In this document: piece after piece, positions 21,062 through 31,455 of the stretch
How positions within the stretch are numbered: position 1 is the stretch's first letter
Layout of the letters: every line of letters starts with the position of its first letter
Source: an uncultured Chroococcidiopsis sp.
Lineage (GTDB): Bacteria > Cyanobacteriota > Cyanobacteriia > Cyanobacteriales > Chroococcidiopsidaceae
Reading direction: 5' to 3'
NCBI GenBank assembly: GCA_964248365.1
Contig: CAXTYC010000012.1
Span: 1-64,000, forward strand
Length of the DNA stretch: 64,000 nt
Made by a program: the position numbers and the translations under genes
The notes under the pieces: generated by a model
Seen by the model: the letters and a program-made list of their open reading frames with translations, nothing else
Told to the model about the DNA's origin: nothing
Databases searched by the model: none

Positions 21062-21098
21062 CTATCTCGTTTCCAGGCTAAGCCTGGAAACGAGATAG
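21062..21098. repeat. REP-like palindrome
   Basis: ctatctcgtttccaggctaagcctggaaacgagatag. Confidence 0.75.
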
Positions 21099-21263
21099 TT
21101 ACTGTATGTAAAAAAATGTTGTGATCGCAAAAAATGATAAGAGAATTTGGTAGATAAGGAAACGATTTAAACAAGCTCTCAAAATTGCCCGTGCTAGCCT
21201 CCTACCTGTATCAGTCACAGGCAGGATGCCTATTCCACAGCGGGGAAATTAGTTTTTCGCCTT

Positions 21264-22853
21264 TTACTTAATGGCAGAGAAAATTAGGCTAGAGAGTTGC
21301 CCAGGATCGCCTTGCATAGTTACACCCCGATTGTTTGCTTGTAGATGGCGTAAAATTTTGTAGATTGCTTCAACTGAGTCAGTAGCTCCAGCTTTTTGGG
21401 CTATTTCGGTGAGGGAAAGGGGATTGCCTGCGTCTTGGAGTACTTGTAAAACTTGTTTCTGTAATTCCAAAATAGCAGCAGCAGCTTTTTTACCAGCTTC
21501 TACCCCTGGTTGATGGTATGCATTAACATTGACCAGGGAACCGTAAAAACCCACAGCGCGATCGTACAGAGCAATTAACGCTCCCACTGTGCGGGAATTC
21601 ACTTGGGGGATGGTGATGGTAATTGAGTCGCGCTGGTTTTCATATAAAGCCTGACGAGTTCCTTGGATGAAACCAGATAGATAGTCGCCGGAGGTAACGC
21701 CTGGTTCTAGTTCGGGGGATGCGCCTTGTCTATCTTCTAATACTTCGATGAAAGTCAAGAAGAAATTTGCTACACCCTCGCGCAGTTGCTGAACGTAGGC
21801 GTGTTGGTCGGTTGAGCCTTTGTTGCCATATACAGCAATGCCTTGGTGGACAATATTACCGTCTAAGTCTTTTTCTTTGCCTAGAGATTCCATCACCAGC
21901 TGTTGCAAGTAGCGACTAAATAGCATCAGGCTGTCTTTGTAGGGCAGCACTACCATGTCTTTTTCACCGCGTCCATTGCCAGCATAGTACCAAGCGAGTG
22001 CTAGCAATGCTGCTGGATTGTCTTTGATTCGGGGTACGCGGGTGGCAGCATCCATTTCTTTAGCTCCGGCAAGCATAGCACGGATATCGATTCCTTGGAG
22101 GGCGGCGGGGAGTAAGCCGACAGCAGACATTTCCGATGTGCGTCCGCCTACCCAGTCGTACATGGGGAAGGTAGCTAGCCAATTTTCAGATTTTGCTTGT
22201 TTGTCGAGGTTGCTATCGACGCTGGTGATGGCGATCGCATACTTGCTAAAATCCAAATTGTGACCTGCATACGCTTTTTTCACCTCTATCATGCCGTTAC
22301 GCGGTTCTGGCGTTCCTCCAGATTTGGAAATCACTAAGACTAGGGTACTGGCAAGGCGATTTCTCAAACGAGTTAATACGCGATCAATTCCATCTGGATC
22401 GCTATTATCAATGAAGTGAATTGCTAATGGTGGGAAGTCTGGGGCTAAAGCTTGTGCCACAAATTGGGGACCCAAGGCTGAACCACCAATGCCAATCGAA
22501 AGAATATCAGTGAAGCGAGGAGCTTGGGGAGGATGAATTGCCCCACTGTGAATTTTTTGGCTAAATGCTTCGATCTGATCTATCGTCTGAATGATATCAT
22601 GTTTGATTTGGGGTGTGGGTGCACGGTCGGGGTCACGTAACCAGTAGTGACCAACCATGCGATTTTCATCAGGATTGGCGATTTCCCCCTTCTCCAAAGC
22701 TGCCATATCCTTGAAGGCTTTGTCAAAACGAGGCTGCAACGCCTGTACAAAAGCATCGTCAAACCGCATCCGACTGACATCCACATAAAACCCTAATCCA
22801 GGGTTGTAATAAAGCCAGTCTTGGTAGCGTTGCCAAAGTGCCGCAGCATCCAT
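21264..22853 (-). CDS. pgi: Glucose-6-phosphate isomerase
   Basis: [32 protein letters not shown] and QPGVEAGK motifs. Confidence 0.97.
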   Translation of the reverse strand: MDAAALWQRYQDWLYYNPGLGFYVDVSRMRFDDAFVQALQPRFDKAFKDMAALEKGEIANPDENRMVGHYWLRDPDRAPTPQIKHDIIQTIDQIEAFSQKIHSGAIHPPQAPRFTDILSIGIGGSALGPQFVAQALAPDFPPLAIHFIDNSDPDGIDRVLTRLRNRLASTLVLVISKSGGTPEPRNGMIEVKKAYAGHNLDFSKYAIAITSVDSNLDKQAKSENWLATFPMYDWVGGRTSEMSAVGLLPAALQGIDIRAMLAGAKEMDAATRVPRIKDNPAALLALAWYYAGNGRGEKDMVVLPYKDSLMLFSRYLQQLVMESLGKEKDLDGNIVHQGIAVYGNKGSTDQHAYVQQLREGVANFFLTFIEVLEDRQGASPELEPGVTSGDYLSGFIQGTRQALYENQRDSITITIPQVNSRTVGALIALYDRAVGFYGSLVNVNAYHQPGVEAGKKAAAAILELQKQVLQVLQDAGNPLSLTEIAQKAGATDSVEAIYKILRHLQANNRGVTMQGDPGQLSSLIFSAIK

Positions 22854-22945
22854 AATAAATCTCAACTAACTGTTTTATACTAAAAATCAGTTTAAGGGAA
22901 GCCTTGAGTCATTAACGTGCAGCCTTAGACAGTTTTAAGTGTTAG

Positions 22946-23338
22946 CTAATTTGATTTGCCATCGCTGCCGAAGTATTCCCGATAGCCACAAATTTTATCA
23001 CCGCGCACATCGAAGGAAACAGCAACTCGGTTTTTGTAAGGTTGTCCCCACATTAGTCCTTGATCTCGGAACTCAAAAACAACCGTCGTTTCATTGCTGG
23101 TAACTCGGTCTAGGGTAAGGAAAAGTCCCTCGCTAAATGTTTCCCTTACGTATTGAAAGAAAGCGATCGCCCGCTGTTTACCAACATTTAAGCCGTGATA
23201 TGGTCCGATGGGAAACCAGAAGGTGAAGTCTTCAGTGAGTATGTCTATAAAAGAGTTCCACTCGCCTGTTGCTAAGCCATGAGTAAAATACTCGAATGCG
23301 AGTTGGGCAATCTCTATAGTGTCATGCTTTTGTGCCAT
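22946..23338 (-). CDS. NTF2/SnoaL-like protein
   Basis: TVVFEFRD...YKNRVAVSFDVRGDKICGYREYF. Confidence 0.85.
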   Translation of the reverse strand: MAQKHDTIEIAQLAFEYFTHGLATGEWNSFIDILTEDFTFWFPIGPYHGLNVGKQRAIAFFQYVRETFSEGLFLTLDRVTSNETTVVFEFRDQGLMWGQPYKNRVAVSFDVRGDKICGYREYFGSDGKSN

Positions 23339-23541
23339 AGGGCGATCGCCTCTTGGGAAATTCAATCTTTTCTACAAATTTATGGATGGTAGAAATGGGA
23401 GAATACTTAGAGTCGTGGCTATAAGTCCTACATAATATTGAAGCAGGGTGAGGCAAGACTTAGGAAGTCTGGTGCAATATGAGGCAAGATAGCAATTAAT
23501 TCGGGTGTTGTATCAGGGCAAGCCTCAGATTGATAAAAAAC

Positions 23542-24012
23542 TTAGCCAATTTTACTTTCAGTAATTACCATGCCGCCCCTGAATTTACCCTCGGCAGTAA
23601 ATCCTTGGCTTGTGCGTACACACGTATTTTCATCGTAGAGGTTGATCGTTTCAACGCCAATTAGCACACTCGTTGCTTTATCCCAAATCCGAAAAATAAC
23701 CAGATTTTCTCCAAATTCCTCAGCAATTGCTGTGTAGTTACAAAAGGGAGGCTCGGAACTCTCAATTTTTACCCTCCCCTTTCCAGCCACTAAACCAACA
23801 AAATTTTGAGTTACACTCCTGCCATCAGCATAGTGATAAGTATTAGTTTGTATCCATTGATTATTCACTATCTTTTTGGTAACAACGCCTCGAAAACGCT
23901 CAATTTCTTTACTGTCTGCATCTAGACGTATCCAGTTACCTTCCCAAACTCCAACGTGCTTGGGAAATACTTCAAAATTATCAATATTTAGCCCAGTGTC
24001 TGCTGTATTCAT
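23542..24012 (-). CDS. Lipocalin-like beta-barrel protein (DUF3598-like)
   Basis: HVGVWEGNW near the N-terminus; RTSQGF. Confidence 0.6.
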   Translation of the reverse strand: MNTADTGLNIDNFEVFPKHVGVWEGNWIRLDADSKEIERFRGVVTKKIVNNQWIQTNTYHYADGRSVTQNFVGLVAGKGRVKIESSEPPFCNYTAIAEEFGENLVIFRIWDKATSVLIGVETINLYDENTCVRTSQGFTAEGKFRGGMVITESKIG

Positions 24013-24053
24013 AGATCCTACCTGTTAGCTAAATGTTAGAATTTTACACCACC

Positions 24054-24105
24054 GTATGCCACCCATGCCCACCATATCTGGTATTGGTGGGCATGGGTGG
24101 CATAC
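24054..24105. repeat. Perfect 21-bp inverted repeat
   Basis: gtatgccacccatgcccacca-N10-tggtgggcatgggtggcatac. Confidence 0.85.
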
Positions 24106-24260
24106 AACGCTAATTGTCAAGTCAAGTTTATTCATGTGAGATGAAAGCTGTTGTAAAGGATACTGACAATTGCTTGCACTAGGGTAAGATCTGATTGCTT
24201 TGCGCGCTGTGCATAACAAAAGCTGTTTTCTATAGCTATTCGTTGTCCATTTAAAATTCT

Positions 24261-25508
24261 ATGTTTGAAGCTTTGTCTGGTTGGGTTGGCTATATCCTTT
24301 TTCTGACAGTTTCAACGGCGATATTTGCCTTGTTTAGTTTGGGATTAAACTTGCAGTGGGGCTTGACGGGGCTAATTAATTTTGGTCTAGTGGCTTTCAT
24401 GACTATGGGTGCATACACAACAGTATTATTAAGCTTGAATGGAGTTCCCCTGATTGTCTCGGCAGGGGCTGGGGCGGTAGTAGCTGCACTTTTGGGGCTG
24501 TTAATTGGTGTATCGACTCTGCGGTTACGAGAAGATTACCTAGCAATTGTCACGATTGGGGTATCGGAATTAATTAGGCTAGTGGTGAATAATCAGGAGT
24601 TACCTACGGGAAATGGTGTTTTTACACCAGGGGCATTTGGCTTGCAAGGGTATCCATTGCCACTAGCGAATTTTGAACCCAATTTATTCATCAAGCTACT
24701 AATGATTGGGTTACTTACATTGGTTGTTGGTGTGTGTTTTTGGCAACTAGGGCGATGGGTGTTTAAATCAGAGCAGGGGGAGCGGGGGAAGCAGGGGAGC
24801 CAGCAAGGTGGGCGGGTTTCCCGACTTGAGCAAACTGGCGTGGAGCAGGGGGAGAAATCCCCATCCAAAATCCAAAATCCAAAATCTAAAATCGCCTTGC
24901 CTTTTGTCTCTCGAATTATATTAGGAATTATTACAATAATATTGATTATAGTGCCGTATGGTGCTGGGGTAATAGGGTTATATAATTACACCAATTTTGA
25001 GAAAGCTGGGCTAATGCTGTTGTCAGTGTTGGTATTGGCGTTGGTAGTATGGCGACTAGAATTTTTGGCGCGATCGCCTTGGGGTCGAGTCCTCAAATCT
25101 ATTCGTGAAGATGAGGAAGTCGCACGGGCTTTAGGAAAAAATGTGTTTTGGTACAAGCTGCAATCTCTAATGTTAGGAGGGGCGATCGCAGGGCTTGCAG
25201 GTGCTTTATATGCTTGGCAACAAACTTCTATTTACCCCAGTGATTTCGATCCTCTAGTTACTTTCAATGCTTGGATCATGGTAATTTTAGGCGGCGCTGG
25301 CAACAATTTCGGCACTATCCTGGGCGCTGTGATTTACTTTGCTTACGATAGCATCACTCGCTTTGTCCTACCTGGAATTGTGCCACTCGATCAAGTGCGT
25401 TTGAGTGCCTTTCGCATTATGGTCATCGGTCTGATTCTAATGCTACTAATGATCTGGCGACCACAAGGCATCTTGGGCAAAAAGGAAGAATTAACGCTTG
25501 GGAAATAG
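24261..25508 (+). CDS. Branched-chain/neutral amino acid ABC permease (LivM/NatC-like)
   Basis: LGLNLQWG..G.INFG, LRLREDYLAIVTIG and SPWGRVLKSIREDE motifs. Confidence 0.92.
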   Translation: MFEALSGWVGYILFLTVSTAIFALFSLGLNLQWGLTGLINFGLVAFMTMGAYTTVLLSLNGVPLIVSAGAGAVVAALLGLLIGVSTLRLREDYLAIVTIGVSELIRLVVNNQELPTGNGVFTPGAFGLQGYPLPLANFEPNLFIKLLMIGLLTLVVGVCFWQLGRWVFKSEQGERGKQGSQQGGRVSRLEQTGVEQGEKSPSKIQNPKSKIALPFVSRIILGIITIILIIVPYGAGVIGLYNYTNFEKAGLMLLSVLVLALVVWRLEFLARSPWGRVLKSIREDEEVARALGKNVFWYKLQSLMLGGAIAGLAGALYAWQQTSIYPSDFDPLVTFNAWIMVILGGAGNNFGTILGAVIYFAYDSITRFVLPGIVPLDQVRLSAFRIMVIGLILMLLMIWRPQGILGKKEELTLGK

Positions 25509-25669
25509 GAGGGGCTGGAGGCTGGGGGCTAGGGGCTTGGGGAAGAGGATGGGGGCTAGGGAGAGAGGGAGAGGGGGAGATAAACAATTAACCATTCTGA
25601 CTCCTCACCACCTCACCACCTCACCTCCTGTCTCCTCACTACTCACTACTCACTACTCACTCTTGATAA

Positions 25670-26455
25670 ATGGAAGCTCAAAATATACAATCTGTGCCAC
25701 TTCCCTTGTTAGCAGCCAGTGGGCTTGTTAAAAGCTTTGGCGGAATTAAGGCGGTAGATAATGCCGAGTTGGAAGTGCTAAAAGGCAGTATTACGGGGCT
25801 AATTGGTCCCAATGGTGCTGGTAAAACTACTCTATTTAATTTACTTTCTAATTTCATTCGCCCCGATCGCGGTCGGGTAATTTTTGATGGCGCACCAATT
25901 CAGAATTTGCAGCCGTATCAAATTGCTTTGCAAGGAATGGTACGTACTTTTCAGGTAGCGCGGACGCTTTCGCGGTTGTCGGTATTAGAAAATATGCTGC
26001 TAGGGGCGCAAAAACAAGATGGGGAAAACTTTTGGCGGGTACAGTTCCAACCAGGGGCGATCGCAAATGAACAGCGAACTTTGCGATCGCAAGCTATGGT
26101 ACTGTTGGAATCGGTGGGACTCGCTCACATGGCGCATGAATATGCTGGGGCGCTATCTGGCGGACAACGCAAGCTACTAGAAATGGCAAGGGCTTTGATG
26201 ACACAGCCCAAGTTAATTTTATTAGATGAACCAGCGGCGGGGGTAAATCCAAAACTGATTGAGCAAATCTCCGATCGCATTCTCACATGGAACCGCGAAG
26301 GTATCACGTTTTTGATCATCGAACACAATATGGATCTGATTATGTCCTTGTGCGATCGCGTTTGGGTACTTGCCGAAGGTCGTAACCTCGCCGTCGGTAC
26401 TCCAGCCCATATCCAAAGTAACCCGCAAGTTTTAGAGGCATATTTAGGTAAATAA
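25670..26455 (+). CDS. Branched-chain/neutral amino acid ABC ATPase (LivG/NatA-like)
   Basis: GPNGAGKT, LSGGQ, LLDEPAAG, IEH and EAYLG motifs. Confidence 0.93.
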   Translation: MEAQNIQSVPLPLLAASGLVKSFGGIKAVDNAELEVLKGSITGLIGPNGAGKTTLFNLLSNFIRPDRGRVIFDGAPIQNLQPYQIALQGMVRTFQVARTLSRLSVLENMLLGAQKQDGENFWRVQFQPGAIANEQRTLRSQAMVLLESVGLAHMAHEYAGALSGGQRKLLEMARALMTQPKLILLDEPAAGVNPKLIEQISDRILTWNREGITFLIIEHNMDLIMSLCDRVWVLAEGRNLAVGTPAHIQSNPQVLEAYLGK

Positions 26456-26621
26456 GTCTACTTTGAACATACTTATACACTCAATCTTCTTCTTAAGCTG
26501 AGCTGAGATAAAATTAAAATACGTAGCAGTATAAGACATTTGGCACTGTCTTCTAGTAATGCATACCAGCACCATCATTTATTTTACACTACTGTGCAAG
26601 CTTTGAAATATCTAAAACACT

Positions 26622-26743
26622 AGACCTCTTGCAAAAGATACTTTTGCCCCGTAGGGGAAAGGGACTCGGGACTCGGGACTTGGGTAGAAATTTACCTTTT
26701 CCTTTTCCCTAAAACCAGCGTCCCCCGATCTAGCAAGAAGTCC
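26622..26743. mobile_element. MITE with ISL2-type TIRs
   Basis: agacctcttgcaaaag...gcaagaagtcc; ACT duplication. Confidence 0.55.
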
Positions 26744-27021
26744 ACTATTTAACAAGAGCGAAATAATTAACAAGTTAATCAAAATATTTTACATTCCTAT
26801 TGCAGTTTAGATTTAATATGTTGTGAAAGTAATAAATATTACAATACCCATTTATGTTTAAGATCGCAATCGGATGATTTATAGCTCTGCTCAAGAGCGA
26901 TAAATGAATTTGAATAATAAAAAAGTATAAGAAGAACATTATAAAGCAAACTTAAATTTGTTTTTTTAATGTTTATATTGTGCGGAGAATTTCTGTAATA
27001 AAAGTATAAGGAGTAGCACAA

Positions 27022-27444
27022 ATGGCTTCCGGTGACAACTTTTCTGTTGGTAATGGTAACCCGTTTGCAGGCGGTGGCAACCCGTTGGCAGGTGGTGGCG
27101 GCAACTCGTTTGTAGGTGGTGGCGGCAACCCGTTGGCAGGCGGCGGCAGCAACTCTTTTGCAAGTGCTGGTGGCAACCCGTTTGCAAGTGCTAGCGGCAA
27201 CCCGTTTGCAGGTGCTGGAGGCAACTCTTTTGCAGGTGGTGGTGAGGCAAAGACTTTTAATTTTAATGGTTCCTGGAACTGGGATTTTGGTACTAACAAC
27301 CCAACCGTTAGTCAAGATAATGGGTTCATGGGCGGTAATTCCAAACCTGAAGCTGTTCCAGAATCTACCTCATCGATAGCAATAGCGATCGCAGGGATAA
27401 CCTGTTTGCTATGGTCAAGGTTAAAAAAAGTAAAACATAGTTAA
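27022..27444 (+). CDS. Gly-rich GGNPFAGG-repeat protein with PEP-CTERM-like tail
   Basis: AAGGAG RBS; about 8 repeats of 7-8 aa; VPESTS + hydrophobic helix + RLKKVK. Confidence 0.75.
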   Translation: MASGDNFSVGNGNPFAGGGNPLAGGGGNSFVGGGGNPLAGGGSNSFASAGGNPFASASGNPFAGAGGNSFAGGGEAKTFNFNGSWNWDFGTNNPTVSQDNGFMGGNSKPEAVPESTSSIAIAIAGITCLLWSRLKKVKHS

Positions 27445-27544
27445 CAAGAATGTCAAATCTTGCACCGCGCGGTGCAAGATTTGACCGTATACGCACGAGT
27501 AAATTCCTTGCTGATTAATAAATACGTAATTACATTAGCTCGCT

Positions 27545-28231
27545 TTAGCTACGAAATAAACGTGTGTACTGGGTTTCATGTGCCATACTTGCCAGCGATA
27601 AGCCCCAGCCACAACTACTTAGTTCGTCATCCTCTAAAGCCAGAATTTCTTCAGATGCATTGATAAGATTGGTATGTAACTCTAGTAACATCTGTTGTCC
27701 GGCTGTTTGTCCCAAGGGAACCAGTTTGATTCCAGCAGTAATTAAATTCGTTGCCCAGCTGTGTAGATATCCCAGTAGAGCATCGGATAGATCTATTTTC
27801 CAATGAGCAGCAGCAATTGGGAAAGCGATCGCAAAGTTACACTCACTACCAACAGCATTAATCACATCAGCAAGCCCAGGTTGTAGTTCTAGCATTAATC
27901 GCATCAGACTTCGCCCCATCTGCCAACTTTGTTGCCTTAACTCTTCTGTTTCCCGAAAAGCAGATAGCCATCGATTCCAATAAACCAAAGCTGCTACATC
28001 ATCCAACGCTACAGATTGATAGGCGCGTACCATCACCGCCGCCTCTATCCGAATTGCCCCATATTTTAATTCTGCCTCTAGCCAATGCTTCAGGCTTGAC
28101 TGGTTTGCGATCGCTCTATTATCAACTAGCGTTTCTATGCCCTCAGAATAACTATAAGCTCCTACAGGCAAAGCAGGGCTAGCTAACTGCAACAGATGCA
28201 AGAGAGTAAACCCAGTGCTATGAGTGGGCAT
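27545..28231 (-). CDS. ureF: Urease accessory protein UreF
   Basis: [26 protein letters not shown] and [11 protein letters not shown] motifs. Confidence 0.95.
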   Translation of the reverse strand: MPTHSTGFTLLHLLQLASPALPVGAYSYSEGIETLVDNRAIANQSSLKHWLEAELKYGAIRIEAAVMVRAYQSVALDDVAALVYWNRWLSAFRETEELRQQSWQMGRSLMRLMLELQPGLADVINAVGSECNFAIAFPIAAAHWKIDLSDALLGYLHSWATNLITAGIKLVPLGQTAGQQMLLELHTNLINASEEILALEDDELSSCGWGLSLASMAHETQYTRLFRS

Positions 28232-28655
28232 GATTTCCATAAGCCCCGATTTCTGGTTGAAAAGGTAAAATTGCATCGATCACTGTCATGCCCATTTGTT
28301 CCAACATTGCCTGCAAGACGGGATCGGGAGATATTCGTAAATATGTGGCAGTTATTTCTAAAGGTACATGACGATTGCCTAAATGGTATGCTGCTCGTAG
28401 TAAATCCCGACGTGTCTGAGCTGTGATCGTCAGTACTGGTTCTGGTTTAGCACTCACTCGAACTAAAACCCCATCATCCGATCGCAATATATCACCGTCT
28501 TGTAGGACTGTGCCTCTGGGTAAACGCAAAAACACAGTTTGCCCATCCTCGGTTTCAAAGCGATAACGGCTTTTGGTGCGATCTTCGGCAGTAAGGGAAA
28601 GGGTGAAGCTGACTACTACATCTATATTGGCTGGTAAACGTTGCGTCATCAGCAT
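28218..28655 (-). CDS. ureE: Urease accessory protein UreE
   Basis: [29 protein letters not shown] motifs and His tail. Confidence 0.95.
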   Translation of the reverse strand: MLMTQRLPANIDVVVSFTLSLTAEDRTKSRYRFETEDGQTVFLRLPRGTVLQDGDILRSDDGVLVRVSAKPEPVLTITAQTRRDLLRAAYHLGNRHVPLEITATYLRISPDPVLQAMLEQMGMTVIDAILPFQPEIGAYGNHAHS

Positions 28656-28974
28656 AAATATGGGTTGAATTAATTCCTCATGTCCATTAATTAACCAGCA
28701 TAAATACCCTTAGATGAAGTGTGCCAAGAATTTTATGCTTGAATTTTTTTTGCATACTTTAACGAACCGCACTCGAACACAATAGCCAGGGCTTTAAACC
28801 CCTGGGAAACGCGAAGGAAAGACAAAGAAGTTTTTACGAATCATTCAAGATTGCTATATAGCAATCAATAGATAAATTGAGACATGCCAATTTACTATAA
28901 GCCAATTGTTGCCCTGCTTCTTTCCCTACTCCCTACTCCCTACTATATCTGTCTTGCCAATCCATCTACTGAGG

Positions 28975-29466
28975 TTAAGGCTTTTTTTGCAAACGGAGCA
29001 TTTCATCTTGAATGCGTTTTTTTAAGTTGGGATTGTTTTGCACAGTTTTAGTAATCTGATTGAATTCCTCAAAGGAATTAAAGTATTTTTTGACTATGCT
29101 TTCATATTGATTGCAGTAATTTTTGGCTATATCCCGCGCATTTTCTGGTAAGTTAGCCAGGGTTTCTTGTTTATAACAAGCAATCTGGGGAACTTCGCCC
29201 CTACCAATGGTTTGCTTAATTTCGTCTAAGGCTCTTTCCCGCACAGGCTCTGCTTCGAGTACAGCTGTAGCATATTTTGTCAATTCTGTCTCACTGAATT
29301 CTTGGGCGGAGGCACTAGTACTAAAAACTAGATTTACCTTGCCCCTTGATAAGTCAGGAACAAGCCCAGTAAATAAACCTATAGTAGTAATAGCACTGAC
29401 AAGTAGCGATCGCAACAGCATCCGGTTGAAGTTAGCGAGGAAATAGGAATGGCAAAAGTCGGTCAT
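28975..29466 (-). CDS. DUF4168-like secreted protein
   Basis: Signal region; ELTKYATAVLEAEP...FNQIT..VQNNPNLKKRIQ. Confidence 0.75.
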   Translation of the reverse strand: MTDFCHSYFLANFNRMLLRSLLVSAITTIGLFTGLVPDLSRGKVNLVFSTSASAQEFSETELTKYATAVLEAEPVRERALDEIKQTIGRGEVPQIACYKQETLANLPENARDIAKNYCNQYESIVKKYFNSFEEFNQITKTVQNNPNLKKRIQDEMLRLQKKP

Positions 29467-29573
29467 AGTAATGGAATAAAGAAAAAATATAACACCGGAG
29501 GCATTAGTTCTTTTGAATCATTTTAAGAGTGAGAAGTTCCAGCAATTTGTTTGAGCTAGAATTTAGCTTACAG

Positions 29574-30566
29574 CTAGTAGCTATTGAGTTGAAAAATTTG
29601 ACAAAGTTGTATTACTTTAGTTTGGAGTGTTGACATTTGCTCTCTTCCTTGCTTTAGGCTAATTTCGAGTTCCAGTAGTAAGGGCAAGGTTGAGGTAAGT
29701 TGCTGGGGGGAAAGATGCTTGACTTCTTGCTGAAGAAAGTATACACGCTTGGGGTTGTTAATCTCGGCGGCACAGGCGATCGCTCGTTCTGAATGCTCAC
29801 CATTATTCATCATTAACCTTACCCATAACCAAGTACGAAATTGTCCTATTAAGGTGGCAACGATTTTTAATACTGGTTCATTACGATTGATTAACTGGGT
29901 AACTAGTAACAATGCTTTGCTTGTATCCCCGCAACGAATTGCGGCTGCTAGTTGGAGGCTATTTTGAGAATTACCTGTGACTAACTGGGCTACAATATCC
30001 ACATCTATTGGCTTGTTGTTTACACCAGCAAAAGTGTGCAATTTCTCCATTTCACTGTAGAGTTGTCTGGTATCGTTGCCCACAGACTCGGCAATAAATT
30101 CCACACTGCAAGAAGTCAGCTTTACCCCCACCTGGCGTGCAGCTTTTTGTACTTGCTGCACAAGTTGTTTTGTCTCCCAGGGCGGAATTAAGGAAAATTC
30201 CTCAAATGAGGCATACTGTTGCAACAACTGAGTAGATTTGAGCCTTCCATCTGGTTTGGTACGACTAGTTAGCAGCAAAACTGAAGTGTCGGGAATGACT
30301 GGAAGAGTACGTTTTAATTCGGTTAACAAATCTTCCCCACAGTGTTGGCAAATGGTAGTATCTACAAGCAAGATGAAGCGACTACCAGATCCAAAAGGTG
30401 GTGTCATAGCTTGATTTAGCCCCTGGATGACTGCATCAGGTTGATCGGGGGAAAAGGAAGTGTAGTTAAAGCTGCTCCATTGAGGATCGAGTCTGCTTTC
30501 GCGCAAACTGACAACTGCTTTTTGCAGCGCAAATTCATCCTCTCCCCAGTAAAAGTATATTGGCAT
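29574..30566 (-). CDS. holA: DNA polymerase III delta subunit
   Basis: YFYWGEDEF, TPPFG and VGNDTRQL..EMEKL motifs. Confidence 0.92.
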   Translation of the reverse strand: MPIYFYWGEDEFALQKAVVSLRESRLDPQWSSFNYTSFSPDQPDAVIQGLNQAMTPPFGSGSRFILLVDTTICQHCGEDLLTELKRTLPVIPDTSVLLLTSRTKPDGRLKSTQLLQQYASFEEFSLIPPWETKQLVQQVQKAARQVGVKLTSCSVEFIAESVGNDTRQLYSEMEKLHTFAGVNNKPIDVDIVAQLVTGNSQNSLQLAAAIRCGDTSKALLLVTQLINRNEPVLKIVATLIGQFRTWLWVRLMMNNGEHSERAIACAAEINNPKRVYFLQQEVKHLSPQQLTSTLPLLLELEISLKQGREQMSTLQTKVIQLCQIFQLNSY

Positions 30567-30567
30567 A

Positions 30568-30752
30568 ATTGGTAATTGGTAATTGGTAATTGGTAAAAGG
30601 GGAAAGGTTGAAGGATAAAGGTTAAAGGTTGAAGGGTAAAGAGGTATTGCGGTAAAGGGTAATTTCCCCCCCTTGTCCCCTTGTCCCCTTGTCCCCTTGT
30701 CCCCTTGTCCCCTTGTCCTCGCCTAGCCCCTAGCCCCTAGCCTCTAGTCCCT
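30568..30752. repeat. STRR-type heptamer arrays (ttggtaa, ccttgtc, cctagcc)
   Basis: Tandem heptamers between divergent genes. Confidence 0.85.
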
Positions 30753-30755
30753 AAA

Positions 30756-31376
30756 ATGAACCATCCGATTATGGAACAGAGTTTCGCCGTGATAGACAAA
30801 GAAATTGGCGAACATAATTTTAGTCCAGCTGAATATGCCATTGTTAGAAGGGTAATTCACAGTACGGCTGACTTTGAGTTTAAGCATCTAATTGAGTTCA
30901 GCCCCCACGCAATTCCTGCGGGAATTGCTGCCATACGCGATCGCTCACCTATCATTACTGATGTGAGCATGGTTAAACAAGGTATAGCCGGATTAGTCGC
31001 CCAAACCTTTAACAACCCCCTGCTATGTGCAGTTGAAAGGGCGCAATCGGCACTCCCAGGTAAAACACGCACCGAAACAGGCTTAATACAATGCGCTCTT
31101 GAATTTCCAGAGGCAATTTTTGTGATTGGTAATGCCCCTACAGCTCTGTTAGCTTTGTGTAATCAGCTATCCACGACGGTATCGTCACCGCTTGTGATTG
31201 GCGCACCAGTCGGTTTTATCTCCGTTCTAGAATCAAAGGCAACACTCGCCCAAACTCCAGTTAATCAAATCCGCGCCTGTGGTCGCAAGGGTGGTTCCCC
31301 AGTAGCCGCAGCCATTCTCAATGCTTTAATTGTGTTGGCGTGGGAGGAGGAAAAGGGGCTAGAGACTGGGGGCTAG
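30756..31376 (+). CDS. cbiC: Precorrin-8X/cobalt-precorrin-8 methylmutase
   Basis: SFAVID, RVIHSTAD, IGNAPTAL, PVGF and GRKGGSPVAAA motifs. Confidence 0.93.
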   Translation: MNHPIMEQSFAVIDKEIGEHNFSPAEYAIVRRVIHSTADFEFKHLIEFSPHAIPAGIAAIRDRSPIITDVSMVKQGIAGLVAQTFNNPLLCAVERAQSALPGKTRTETGLIQCALEFPEAIFVIGNAPTALLALCNQLSTTVSSPLVIGAPVGFISVLESKATLAQTPVNQIRACGRKGGSPVAAAILNALIVLAWEEEKGLETGG

Positions 31377-31455
31377 GGGCTAGGGGGAAGAGGATGGGGG
31401 TATGTTCTCCCCCTCTCCCCTGATTCCCCCTCTCCTTATCCCCTTTTTTGGAAAA

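Noticed and set aside
25498..25731. 77-aa ORF between the permease and the ATPase
   Set aside because: Translation of heptamer tandem repeats; no protein-like content.
26839..27379. Cys-rich or Pro-rich repeat ORFs (TCKRVA; PPPANGL) as RiPP precursors
   Set aside because: Alternative frames and antisense shadows of the Gly-rich gene 27022-27444, which has the RBS and sorting tail.
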